A DNA stretch of 31,508 bases, from the NCBI GenBank assembly GCA_016618085.1, contig JABLTG010000023.1, positions 124,001-155,508 of the forward strand, given 5' to 3'. Position 1 is the first letter of the stretch. Every line of letters begins with the position of its first letter. This document shows positions 1 to 12,277 of the stretch, piece after piece. Made by a program: the position numbers and the translations under genes. The notes beneath the pieces are model-generated. The model was not told where the DNA came from and ran no database searches. It saw only the letters and a list, made by a program, of their open reading frames with translations. The stretch comes from Neovahlkampfia damariscottae. Lineage: Eukaryota.

Positions 1-2
1 AG

Positions 3-140
3 CTTTTAAAAGATTTGGTTAAAGTTGGTTCTATTGATGGTATCTCTGGACAATCGGAATTGACAGTTGATGGATTTGACTATTTGGAAGTTCATACAAA
101 AATATTAAAAGGAATTAGAAATATTTGTGAAAATAAATGA
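3..140 (+). CDS. 3' end of a probable D-glutamate cyclase (DUF4392/DGLUCY-like) gene, truncated by the window edge
   Basis: The frame reads LLKDLVKVGSIDGISGQSELTVDGFDYLEVHTKILKGIRNICENK*, matching the DGxSG...VDG...H C-terminal pattern of this family. Confidence 0.6.
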   Translation, partial: LLKDLVKVGSIDGISGQSELTVDGFDYLEVHTKILKGIRNICENK

Positions 141-421
141 TTCTTCAAATAAGATTTCAAACACTACAAAAGTGAGTATTTAGATATTCTTTCATAAATA
201 TTTCACCCAAATATACCTTTATAACTACAATAAAAAATTTATGGTATAAATCAAAAACAATCTTTCCAATTGGAGAGATTAATTTTTTCAAATGTCCAAC
301 GGTAATTTTATTCAATTACTTTTACTGAACCTTTTCATTCAAAATTATCTCTAAACAAACGAAAATCATTTTCTAATTAAACAAAAGAAACTTCTCAGCA
401 GTTTCTCTGATGAATCAGACT

Positions 422-1288
422 TCATTCATGCCAACCTCCATCATAATTGGACACATTTTTGAATCCGAGCATTTTTGCATAAATGAAAGCAATACTTGAT
501 CTCCACCCTGTTCCACAATAAAAAATTAAATTTTCATTGTTAATGCCATAATCCTTCCAGATTTGTTCAATTTCTTTTGCCTGTAAAAATTCCTTTGTAT
601 CTTGGTTGAACCAGTTTTTGGCAGAATCACCCCAAATTGAATTCGGTATTTTTCCTTTATATTTTACATAATTGTATCCTGTAACTTCTCCTTTGAATTC
701 TTTTTCAGTTCTGACACAAACTATTTGTTGAAGTTGCAATTTTTCTGAGACAATATTATTCATCTCCGCAGTTGTTTTATTGTAATGTGGATTAACAGGT
801 ACATTCTTTCCAAAATGTACACTTGTTGGTATTTGATACTCGTTGGTTGTTTCTTGTTCACTTTTTTTCCATGAAATAATTCCACCGTTCAAAATTTTTA
901 CACTATCTACACCTGCATACAAAAGAGTCCATACTACTCTAGAAACAGCAATACAGTTTGATCCATAAATTACAACTAAACTATTCCAGCAAATACCTTT
1001 GGATTCAATTATATTTTGTAGTTCTTTTGGTTCTTTTAAATTCCAAATTGGAGCAGATTCGATATCATTAGTATTAAATTCTATTGCTTTTGGTATGTGT
1101 TCTTCATTTTTTGAATTGTGCCCTTCTGTGACTTCCAGAATTACTATCGACTTTGATTTTTTAATCTTCTGAAGCAGCCAGGAGACTTCAACAAAAAAAT
1201 CAAATTTATCTTCAAATTTTTGTTGTTTCTTGTCCAGTTGACAATTCACTGAATTCCACTTTGGCTTTTGAAGAGTGAGAATTGACAT
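422..1288 (-). CDS. Tandem-rhodanese sulfurtransferase, bacterial YnjE-like; intronless
   Basis: Active-site loop FYCGTGWRS and rhodanese signature NYDGGWHE; also SRVVWTLLYAGV and ILNGG in the first domain. The first ATG is at 1288 (the ORF track starts at TTG 1303). Confidence 0.85.
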   Translation of the reverse strand: MSILTLQKPKWNSVNCQLDKKQQKFEDKFDFFVEVSWLLQKIKKSKSIVILEVTEGHNSKNEEHIPKAIEFNTNDIESAPIWNLKEPKELQNIIESKGICWNSLVVIYGSNCIAVSRVVWTLLYAGVDSVKILNGGIISWKKSEQETTNEYQIPTSVHFGKNVPVNPHYNKTTAEMNNIVSEKLQLQQIVCVRTEKEFKGEVTGYNYVKYKGKIPNSIWGDSAKNWFNQDTKEFLQAKEIEQIWKDYGINNENLIFYCGTGWRSSIAFIYAKMLGFKNVSNYDGGWHE

Positions 1289-1445
1289 TCGGAGTTTATT
1301 CAATTTTCATCCAATAATACTTCACAATTATTTATTCCTCTTCTTTGTCATTATTTTAATAAAAAATCGATTTTATTTTATTTTTCTTTTATTTTTTTTG
1401 TCCAATCATTTTCTTTCATCAATTCCAAAAATCAGTTAGAAGAGA

Positions 1446-4400
1446 ATGGATTCATTTAACAATGACTCTCACTATTTCAAAGCAGAATCAACAATTGAAG
1501 AAGTTATAAAACATCTTAACCATCCAGAAACTTCAGAAATTCTTAAAGGAATGAAAAAAGTAGTTGCGGTTTGAATTTTTTTTTTTTTTTTTAATTTTTC
1601 GTTTCAGATGATGTCAAAAGGAAAAGAAGTTGAAATTTTATTTCCAAATGTTGTCACTAAAGTAGTAGTTAAAAACCTTCAAGTCAAAAAACTTGTCTAC
1701 ACGTAATTTTTTTTTTTTTTTGTTTGTTTACCTTTTGTTCAGTTATTTAATGCAATATGCTGAATTTAGACCTGATGAAGCTTTACTTTCTGTTAATAAT
1801 TTCCAAAAAGATTTGAATGATAAAAATCAATTCATTCGTGCTCTTGCTCTTAGAGTATTATCAGGAATTAGAGTTGGTGAAATTTCACAAGTTTTTTTTT
1901 TCTTTTTTAAACTTTTAGATTGTTTTAATGGCTATTAAACAATGTGCTGATGATGTTTCACCTTATGTTAGAAAAGCTGCTTGTGTTGCTGCTGCTAAAG
2001 TTTACAACTTAGAACCTGAACTTAAAAGTGAATTAGTTGAAATTGTAGCAAAGAAATTAGGTGATAATAACATCATGGTTCTTGGTGCTGCTATTTTTGC
2101 TTTCAATGAAATTTGTCCTGATTCTTTTGAACTTTTACATGAACACTACAGAAAGTTATGCAAATTCTTAGTTGATTGTGATGAATGGTGTCAAATTCTT
2201 TTAATTAATACACTCACAAGATATGGAAGAAATCAATTTTTAAGTCCTTTCAAAGAAGGTGGTGCTTTAAAAAAACAAAATTTTTATTCAGACGAAGAAG
2301 AGGAAGAAGAAGAAGAATTTTTTGATAAAAAACAAGATAACCTTTCTATTGTTGACCTTGATTTTGACCATAGATTATTGTTAAAAAGTGCTGAACCACT
2401 TTTAAAAAACAGAAACTCTGCTGTAACGATGGCTGTTGTTTCATTATTTTATCATTTAGCTCCTGTTGAAGAATTTGGAACTGTAATCACTTCATTATTA
2501 CGTATTTTAAGAGAAGAAAGAGAATACCAATACGTTGCTCTTACAAACATTGTCACTATGGCTAAGGAAAGACCAGTAAAAAAAAAAAAAAAAAATTAAC
2601 GGTTTTTTTTGAAGAGTGTTTTCAAAAGTGAAATCAAAGATTTCTTTGTTTCTTCATCAGATCCTGCTTTCATTGCTCCTTTAAAATTAGAAATTTTAAC
2701 ACTTTTGACAGATGAAAGCAACGCTCATGTCATCTTGAAGGAATTTCGTGTAAGTTTTTTTTTTTCTGAATTTTAGTCATACGTTAAATATCCAAATGCT
2801 AACTTTGTTTCAACCACCATTCAAGCTATTGGAAGAATTGCTTCAAACATTCCTGAAGAAACTGAAGGTTGTTTAAATTTACTTGTTTCATTGATTAATT
2901 CATCTTCCACAACTGAAGCTATTGTAGCAGAAAGTGTTGTTGTCATTAGACATTTAGTTCATACCAATCCAAAAGAAAATGAAAAAATTATCAGAAAAAT
3001 GTCAAAAATGGTCAAAAAAGAAAACATCACACCAATTGCCAGAGCAAGTATCATTTGGATGATTGGAGAATACTATGACTTAATTCCAAAAATTGGACCT
3101 GATGCATTAAGAAGTAAGTTTAGAAAAAACAAATTCTAAACTTTTTTTACAGTGTTGGCAAAATCATTTCCAGATGAACCAGATTTAGTTAAAACTCAAA
3201 TTATTTTAACAGCAACAAAATTATTCTTGAGAAAAGCAAAAGGAGTCAAATTAATCTTTAAATACATCTTAAACTTGGCTAAATTCGATCAAAATTATGA
3301 TATTAGAGACAGAGCAAGATTAATTAGATTAGCATTATTCCATCCACAAAATGAAAATGAAAATATCAAAGAAAAAGCTAGAGATTTATTTGTTACAAAA
3401 AAACCAAATCCAATCTTCAAATCAGTTATTCCAGATCGTTCAAAATATACAATTGCTTCATTATCACATATTTTAAATTTAACAGCAAATGATTATCATG
3501 CTCTTGATGAATTCACAAATGAAATTAATGAAGAAAATGTTGCTCTTAGAAAGAAAAATGATATTCAACAAACAACAACTGAAACTCAATATTATGAACC
3601 AGAACAAAATATTGAAGACTTTTATTCAGATGGAGAAAATGGTGATTTTGATGTTTCAACAGATGAAGAAGATGAAGAATCATCATTCTTTTCAACAGAC
3701 GAAGAAGATGAATCAGAAGAAGACGAAACTGATTCAGAAGAAGAAGAAGAAGAAGAAGAAGAAGAAGGATCAGAAGCAATCACAGAATCTGAAGAAGAAG
3801 AGTCTGAAGAAGAAGAAGAAGAAGAAGAACATAGTGAATTTACAGAAGAAGAAGAAAGTGAATATGAAACAGAATCAGACGAAGAAGAAGTTGTCCAATC
3901 AAAACCAGTTAAAAAATCAAATGGCAAAACTACACCAAAAACAACACCTTCAAACACAATCAATTTAGATGAAATGTTTTCAAATTTAACACTTGAACCA
4001 TCATCAGGTGGAAATGATTTATTATCCAATGATAACAATTCATCAGATGATTTCTTCAGTTCATCAACACCAACTTCAAATTATGTTGAAAACACAAACT
4101 TACCAAAATATTCTTTATTGAATCCATTAAAAACTGGAGGATTTGGAATTGATTTTCAATTTACAAGAGATCAAACATCATTTTATGGAGCTAATTTTAA
4201 TTTGATCAAATTAATCTTACAAAACAATTCAAATGTTTCAATTAAGAATATTAGACTTGGTGAAATTAAATCATCAAATGGAAGAACTATTGAAAAATTT
4301 CCAGAAATTGCAGAATTAAAAGTTGGAGTTGTTCAAGCTGTTGATTTAAATGTTGATTTCAATGCAAACAGAGGAGAATTAAAATTTGAAATTTTAACAG

Positions 4401-4783
4401 AAAATAAGGAATATATTGTTTCAATGACACCTCCACCAGGTGAATTATTCAAACAATTTCAAATGTCAAAAGATGAATTTGACTCAGAAAAAGAAAAATT
4501 AAAAGGAATGATGACTGAAGTTGAACAAAAAATTTCAAAACCAATTGATGATAACTATATTGTTTCATCAATCATTCAATACTTCAATTTAAGTGTTGTT
4601 GATAATTTTGATTCAGAATTTCTCTTTTCTGCAAAAACAAAATCAAAAGATGATCCAAAATTAGTCTTGATTTCTTTCAAGAAAAATGAAGAAGGTGAAG
4701 GTTTATTAACAGTTAATTGTGATGATAATATGCTAATCTCTGTTCTTTCTGGTGATTTAGTTCAAATTTTAACTGCTCAATAA
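1446..4783 (+). CDS. AP3B: AP-3 adaptor complex beta subunit (7 exons)
   Basis: Spliced adaptin-N motifs VKKLVY, ALLSVNNFQKDLND, DVSPYVRKAA, CDEWCQI, DHRLLL, IIWMIGEY and DQNYDIRDRAR, then an acidic hinge and an appendage. GT-AG introns at 1569-1607, 1703-1742, 1891-1918, 2576-2614, 2750-2776 and 3114-3152 restore the frame. Confidence 0.95.
3660..3890 (+). repeat. GAA-rich low-complexity tract encoding the Glu/Asp/Ser hinge of AP-3 beta
   Basis: Runs of (GAA)n inside the CDS; they explain the poly-K, poly-S and poly-L shadow ORFs. Confidence 0.9.
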
Positions 4784-4824
4784 ATCATTTTTGATTCCAT
4801 TGGTTTGTTATTTCATCCAATAAA

Positions 4825-7800
4825 ATGAGTCTTAGAAAAAAACGTAAAATCGTTGAGTCAGATTCAGATGAAGAAAATATTTCAGAAATTGAACCAGAAA
4901 TGAATAGTTCCGATTCAGAATCATTCATAGATGAACAGAAAATAGTTTTGCATAAAATTCAGATCGAAAATTTTAAAAGTTACAAAAACTTTGAAGAAGT
5001 GGGTCCTTTTGATGAAATATTTACTTGGTAGATATCTGAGTACTCTAAATTATTTTCAAACAGCATCGTTGGAGAAAATGGTTCAGGTTTATATTTTCGT
5101 TTTTTTTACATTTTTTTGAAGGAAAATCGAATTTACTTGATGCTGTCTGTTTTGGACTTGGATTTGAAGCCAAAAAACTTCGTTCGAAAAGTATATTTCT
5201 TTTGAAAATTCTTATATTTCGAAGATTTGTCTTCGGTTGTCAACAAAGAATCAAAATCCAACACTGCCACAGTTTCTCTTATTTTACATGTCATCAATGA
5301 AGAAAAAGAACTCATCAAGTAAATATCTCATTTAAAAGTACTCATTTAAAAGAGAAATCAAAATTACAAGAAAACAAATCAATAATACTTCAAATTATTA
5401 TCACAATGATGAAAAAACAACAAAAGAAAAAATTCATAGAATTTTGAAAGAATATGGGATAGATTTATTTTTCCCTGAAAGGTAAACAAGAAATCAATTT
5501 TTAATTTTCATTTAGATTTATTATTCTTCAAAATAACACTGTCAAGATTGCAACTAAATCACCAACTGATTTAGTTGATCATTTAGAACAATTAATCGGT
5601 ACAAGTGAAGTTAAAAAAAATGTAGAAAAAGAAAAATTAGAAATGAAAGAATTTATTCAAAAAAAATTCAGTTTGAATGAAGAATTATTTGATATTGAAA
5701 AAGAAAGAGTGAAAAATGAACCAGAAGTTAAAAAATTCAATTAGTAAAAAAAATTGAAAAAATTTATCAAAAATAAGTTATCTTGAGCAACATGAAAGAT
5801 ACTCAAACGAAAAAGAGATTTTTTATGAAAAATTGAAATCATTGAAGCTTTTGGAGATTGAAAAGAACGAAAAAGAAATTGAAGAATTTAAGAAGGATTT
5901 GAAAGAAACTGAAGGTATATTAGAAAGTTTGGAGAAATCAATTAACGAATATGAAAAGAAAATTGATATGAAAGAATTGGAAATTGAGAAAATGGAGTCA
6001 GAAAAGAAAAAACTTGAAGAAAGCATTAAAAATTCATCACATGAATTTGAATTAACAAAAGTAAGATTTATTAGAATAGATTTTAATTATCAAGTTTAAT
6101 CTTCAAAAAGTTCAAAAAAATTTAAAAAGAAAACAAAAGGAAATGATTGATATTGAAAAAATGATTGAGAAAATGAAATTGGAAAAAAAAGATATTGAAC
6201 AATCATTGAAAGATTTGAATAAGAATATCAAAAATATTGAAGAAGTTTTGAAAAATTCTACTTTCGAAGAAAGTAATGAAATTTTTGAAGAAGAATTTGA
6301 ATTTCAAAAATTAAAACAAAAAATGAACACATGGAACAATGAAGGATTGAAATTAATTTCAAAAATGAAAAAAAATGAAGAAAATATCAATTTAAAAGAA
6401 ATTCAATTGAAAGAAGCAGAAAAAGAAGTAACAAAGAGGAATGAAGAATTAAGAACTTTGAAGTATAACATTGATTCTATTCAACAAATAAAAATATCAA
6501 CTGAAATAGAAATCAAATATTTTTTACAAAAAAAAATAGAAATAGAAAAGAAAATCTATGGTATTGAATCAAACTCTAATACAAACAATAATTACTGGAT
6601 TGCTAAATTTACCTCCGAAGTTCAAAAACTTCAAATGAGAAATTCAAAAATTTACGGAATTTTAGCGAATCTTGGATCTGTTGATGAAAAATATTACAAA
6701 TCAGTCAACACTGTACTTTCTTCAAATTTACCAAATACATTGATTGTTCAGTCTCATCAAGAAGCTTTACAAGTTGTCAATCATTTCAAAAATAACAAAA
6801 TTGGTGTTGTTTCTTGTTTAATTTTGGATGAAATTCAATGTAACTCAAAAGATATTTATCATCCAAAATTGATCAACATGAGCACAATTATCAAATGTGA
6901 TGATAAATTCAAAAGTTGTTTCAATAAATTAACCGGTCAATGGTACATCTCCGAAACATTAGAAGATGCTGTGAATATTTCTAAGGATGATATAATCAAA
7001 AGAAACATTGTTACATTAAATGGTGAAATATTCAAATCAGGAGGTGAAATTCAATCAAAAAGAACAAGACCATTTCTCATTACCATCAAATCAAAAATTG
7101 AAAATAGATCAAATTTGAATGTTGAATTAGATTCAAATGAGAAAAATTCTAAGAAATCTCTTGAATTATTAAAAAATGAATTGAGAAATATTGAAACTCA
7201 ATTGACACAAAAAAGATCCAAAATTCAATCAGCAAATCCAATGGATATGAAATCTATGCATGAAATAAATTCCATTATTGAAAAATTAAATTTGAAACAG
7301 GAACAAATTTTGACAATCATCAACCTACAAAAAGAAGAACTCTTGTCAGATGATATAAAAATTCAAAAATTAGAATTGTCTGAAAATGAAATTTCTAGAT
7401 TAGAAAATTTACAACAAAAGAAGAATGATTTTGAAAAAACACAAGAAAAAACTTCATCCTTTCAAGAAAATAAGAAAATTGAAATTTTTAACGAAATGAA
7501 AAAAAATGAAATGAAATTGGCAAGCATCAGTTCAAACTTGGAAATAAATGATAAACAACATGTAAAATTAGAACAAGAAATTATTGAAATGAAAGGAACA
7601 ATAAAAAAACTAAAAGATGAATCCAAGAATTCCAATACATCTCAAAATACCAAAACCACTTCTTCGTTTACAAAAAAACTGAATAATTTGGAAGAAGAAT
7701 TGAATCAATTGAAAGTAGAGCTTAAATCTTTCAATAAAAGCACCAAAGATTCTTTCAAGAGAAAATTAAATTTAGAATGTGAATTAAAATCATTACATGA

Positions 7801-8551
7801 AATTAATAGTGAATTGAGATCTGAATTGGTGCCATTAGAAAGTCACAAAACATACTTTGATAGCCACTGGAATTCAAAATTACACAATGACCAACATGTA
7901 ATCCAAGAAGAATTACAACAGATCAAATACAATTTAACTCAAGAATCAAAACAATTAAATGATCTAAAAGATGAAATCAACATTGAAATCATTGAAAAAG
8001 ACCAAAAATTACGTGAAAGAATCAAAATAATCAATGAAGAATTTGACACAATTGAATTAAAAATAGAATCAAAAAATGAAAACATCAATTGCCTCACAAC
8101 AAAAAGATATGAAAAATTTCATCAAAATTGTCAAAAATTGAATGATGCTTTGACTTATATCTTTCAAAATTTGAATCCTAGCAGTAGTTGTTACTTGAGT
8201 TATTCAGAAAATAAATCATCAGCATTTGAAGAAGGTGTTGTGATTTATTGCAAAACTGATGGAAGTTGGAAACCTTTCTCAAATTTATCTGGAGGTCAAC
8301 AAGCTATCTGTGCATGCGCCTTATCCTTAAGTTTTCAATTTATTTGTCCTTGTCCAATTTTCTTTTATGATGAAATTGATGCCTCATTAGATATTTCAAA
8401 CACAGAAAAAGTTGCGAAATTATTAAAAACAATGAAAAATCAATTTATCTGCATTTCATTGAGACCTAATATGTATGAATTATCATCTGCATTAATTGGT
8501 GTTTATAATTGTGAAAACTCAAGTCGAACTATTTGTAAGAAATTTGATTGA
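4825..8551 (+). CDS. SMC family ATPase, SMC4-like but divergent (~1160 aa, 8 exons)
   Basis: IENFKSY...GPFD, Walker A GENGSGKSN, RFIILQ, hinge IYGILANLG...VTLNGE, signature LSGGQ, Walker B FFYDEIDASLD, and QFICISLR..MYE. Introns at 5028-5063, 5087-5121, 5191-5224, 5319-5352, ~5482-5515, ~5744-5777 and 6061-6094. Confidence 0.9.
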
Positions 8552-8648
8552 AATCAATTTTGATTGAATCATCAACCAATAAAACTGTTAGTTTGAATCA
8601 ACCAATCAAAACACTTTTAAAAATAACAAGTTCGGAGTCGAAGTTTTC

Positions 8649-10432
8649 ATGAGCAACTCTGAAAAAATAAAGGATATTGTGGTGATAAAAATAAACTCAA
8701 ATGATAGAAAAAAACAATACAGAAACTACAAGTCACTATCTGAAGATTTTTCAAATTTATTCAACAATGAATTTTTAAGTGACATTACTTTCATTGTTGG
8801 AAAAGAACAAAGAAAAGTATACTGTCACAAAATAATTCTATCTCAAAGATCAAAATATTTTTCAAATTTATTCTCAATCGGTTTAAAAGAATCATTTGAT
8901 AAAGAAATTAAAAAAGAAAATATATCTTATGATAATTTTTGTACAATTGTGAAATATCTTTACTCAGGAGAAATTGAATTAAATGTATATAATGTTTTAC
9001 CAATTTTAGCCACTTCAGATGAAATGGATATTTCAAAAATCAAACAATACTGTTTTGAATTTGTAAAAGATCACATTAATCACGAGAATGCTCTATTACT
9101 TTTAGATAAGGCTTATAAGTTCCATTGTGATGAATTAATTGAATCATGTTTTGAATATGTTGGAAATAATTCAGTTGATGTACTATCTAGTGATACATTT
9201 TATCACATATCATCATCAACTCTACACAATTTATTGGATAGTGAAATTTTAGGAATTCCAGAAATTGAAGTTTTTATATCGCTAGTATTATGGGGATTGA
9301 AAAGAATCAATGCCATCAAAAGATTAAATTTGAAAGAAGATTTGTCAATGGACGAATTAGATGTCATTTTATCTGATGATGATATTTCAATTGAAGATAT
9401 TACACTATTGGAAGATAAGAAACCTTTAACACCAATGCCTAAATCACCCATTCCTGTAACCATCACAAATGAAATTAGATCACCTTCTCCGTCAACTGGA
9501 ATTCCAAAAAATACGAAAGAGTTGAGAATTGATATTCGTTCATATCATTCGTTGAAAAAATCAACCTTGAATTTATTGAAGAAAATTTTAGATCCATTTC
9601 TTGGATTAATTAGATATCCAATAATGGAATCTCATCAATTGACAGATATTGTAGAGTAAGTCAAAAGCACTTCCATTAATGTCTAAAGACCTTTTGGGAT
9701 CGTGGAATATGATTTGCTGTTAGAAGCATACCGTTTTATAGCTGCTCCAGATAGATCAAATGGTACAAAAAGATGTTACATAAGAAAAGGATTGTCTGAT
9801 GCATTAAATGAACAATTTGATGGAACTAGAATATTAAGTGAAGAACATCGTAGAATTCTTTTGGATTGGTGGAGACAAAATGATGACTCAAATGTTCACA
9901 AAAGAAAGAAATGGGTTTTGAAATATATTGCTTCAAAAGATTCTTTTGATTGCAAGGTATTTCATAAATTATGCGATGGGAAAGGTCCATCAATTAATGT
10001 CTTCCATACAACAGATGGATATATTTTCGGAGGATATAATACTCATAGTTGGTCTTCTCAGGGTGGTTGGGAAACTGCTAGTGATACTTGGTTTTAATAA
10101 TTTTTTTTTTCTAATTTTTTTTGGAATTTAGGTTGTTTTCGTTGGTCAACCCATTTAAAGATGGCGCCAGAAAATTAAAGGTGAAAAATCCTTCAAGAGC
10201 TGTTTACAACCATCCTCAATTTGGACCCACTTTTGGAGGAGGAGGTGGTCTGAGTTATTTCGATCCTTATGATATTTATATTGACGCGACAATGTCTAAA
10301 GGTCATACAAATTTAGGAAATGCTTATAGTACATACAAGGGTGGATGGAGATCAGAAACTGCACAACAAAGTTTAGCTGGATCTTTGAATTCTTGGTCTT
10401 TGGATGAAGTTGAAGTCTTCATTTTAGTTTAA
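8649..10432 (+). CDS. BTB/POZ-BACK-TLDc domain protein (3 exons)
   Basis: BTB motifs SDITFIVG..HKIILSQRSKYF and YLYSG; BACK motifs PEIEVF and LIRYPIM; TLDc motifs FHKLCDGKGP, GYIFGGY, GPTFGGG and EVEVF. Two short GT-AG introns near 9656 and 10091. Confidence 0.9.
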
Positions 10433-10440
10433 ATAGAATT

Positions 10441-10911
10441 TTATTTTTTATCTCCTCTTGAACCACCTCTAGTTCCTCTATTTGAAGGTCCTCCTCTTGA
10501 GTTACCTCTAGCACCACGACCTCCACGTCCAGATTTGAAATTTTTCTTTTTGTCATCTTTTTTTTCTTCATGATGTCTTTCAACCATTTCATCAGGTAAA
10601 CGAATATATTTAATCATATTTCCACGAACATAAGCAGTTTCCATTTTCCAAAATTTCTCTCCATCCTTAAAAGTTTTTAACAAGAAAATTCTCAAAGTTA
10701 CTTTTGAAGTCAAAATGATGTTTTTTAAATTTAAATTCATCCAGTTATCACAATTTACAAAAGTACCATTGAAAGTTTCTCCAGTCTTCAATTCAATCAA
10801 CTAAAGTTTGTTTTTTAAAGTTTTTTTTTTTACAATATTTTGATCTTGAGATGTTTTTAATAAACTTAAAGGCAACTTTTTTATTAATTAAAAAAACAAA
10901 ATTCGAACCAT
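10441..10911 (-). CDS. LSM4: U6 snRNA-associated Sm-like protein LSm4 (4 exons)
   Basis: Spliced M|LPLSLLKTSQDQNI|LIELKTGETFNG...CDNWMNLNL...TSK|DGEKFWKM...RGNMIKYIRLPD, followed by an RGG tail. Confidence 0.95.
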
Positions 10912-11094
10912 TGTTGTATTCTCAAAGTTTTTTTTGTTGAGTTAAAAAAAATAATGATTGGTCAATTAAATAAAGTTGAAAAAAGGCCAAAAAAAATTGA
11001 TTGATTTTGAATTCAAATTCTTTTTTTTTTTTTTATAATTTCCATTTTTTGTATGAAAAATTTATTCATTCTTTTCAAATTTATTTTTTTTTTT

Positions 11095-11800
11095 TTAAAA
11101 TCCTCCATATGGATGATAATATGGTCTTCTTCCACGAAATCCACCTCTTCCTCTATAACCACCTCTACCTCTAAATCCACCACCTCTTCCTCTTGTCACA
11201 CCTTTTCAAAAAGTCAATTTTTTTTTTTTCGTTTTGGTTACCAGGAACATTCGTTCTTTTGGAAATTACTTTTAATTGTCTTCCACGAAATAATGACTCA
11301 TTTAATTTTATAGCATTTTCAATAGATTCCTTTTCTAAGAATTCAACGTAAGCAAAACTATAAAAAATTAATTTTTTTTTTTTTTTGACCAACCCTTTTG
11401 GATGTCCAGTGAACTTATCACAAATAATAGTTACTCTGTTAATAGTACCACATCCTTTGAAATGTGTTTGTAATTCTTCTGGAGTTGTTCCGTAATCCAC
11501 GTTTCCAACATAAACTGATCTGGAGTCAATGGATTCTTTAGAATCTTCGCCAAGTTCAAGTTCCGCTTGTTCTTGAAGTTGTTTTATTTTTTCAGATTCT
11601 TCTTCTAAAATCAACATTTTTTGTTTCATGGATTCAAGTTCCTGTTTGGAAAAGAGTTTGTTTTTAGAAATGTATTTTATTACTTTTCCCATATCAATTG
11701 TTGTATCTTCTTTTTCTTCTTTTTTTTCTTCTTGTGGTGTTTCTTCTTTTTTTTCTGTTTGTGGTTTTTCTTCGATTTTTGGTTCTTCTGTTGTGCTCAT
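11095..11800 (-). CDS. PABPN1: Nuclear poly(A)-binding protein 2 (PABPN1/PABP2)
   Basis: Coiled coil, [15 protein letters not shown]...[26 protein letters not shown]...KRTNVPG, and an RGG tail ending [10 protein letters not shown] after splicing. Confidence 0.93.
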
Positions 11801-11977
11801 GTTTTGTTTTTTTATCCAATAAAACTTGATTTTTCTTCAATTAGTTTGAGAATAGTTGAAAACTGAATTCATATTTTTCTTTAAAAATAAAAACGAAATT
11901 TGCTTTATTTTTCAATAATAAAATTAACCAATCACAATAGGTTCAACAAATTTATTGCAACCAAACACAAAGCCGCG

Positions 11978-12277
11978 ATGAATTACTCAAATGTAACCCA
12001 TACTATTGAATTTAATATTTCTTAGATGTTAGGATTTGGAAAAGAAAAAAATCTTTCAGTGAAAAAAGCAAAACTCAATTGGAAAGATAAAACATTAAAA
12101 CAAAAAATAATTCACACAGTAAAAAAATCAAAAGAGACAATTGCTTCATATACATTTTTACCATACTTGTATTTACCACTTTTAGTTTATATTGGAGTTC
12201 AAGCGGATCCAAATGAAGAAATTCCAAAAGGAAACAAATGGTTCATGGCTTTAATTTCATTTTTCCCATTTTTATAA
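11978..12277 (+). CDS. Tom7-like small mitochondrial outer-membrane translocase subunit (putative)
   Basis: Exon 1 MNYSN, intron 11993-12025, then a basic region and YLYLPLLVYIGVQADP, which resembles the Tom7 transmembrane motif (Y/W)GFIPLxI(Y/F)xG...DP. Confidence 0.6.

Noticed and set aside
3489..4038. Poly-K, poly-L and poly-S ORFs (3489-3968, 3546-3779, 3622-4038)
   Set aside because: Alternative-frame and antisense shadows of the GAA-rich AP-3 beta hinge.
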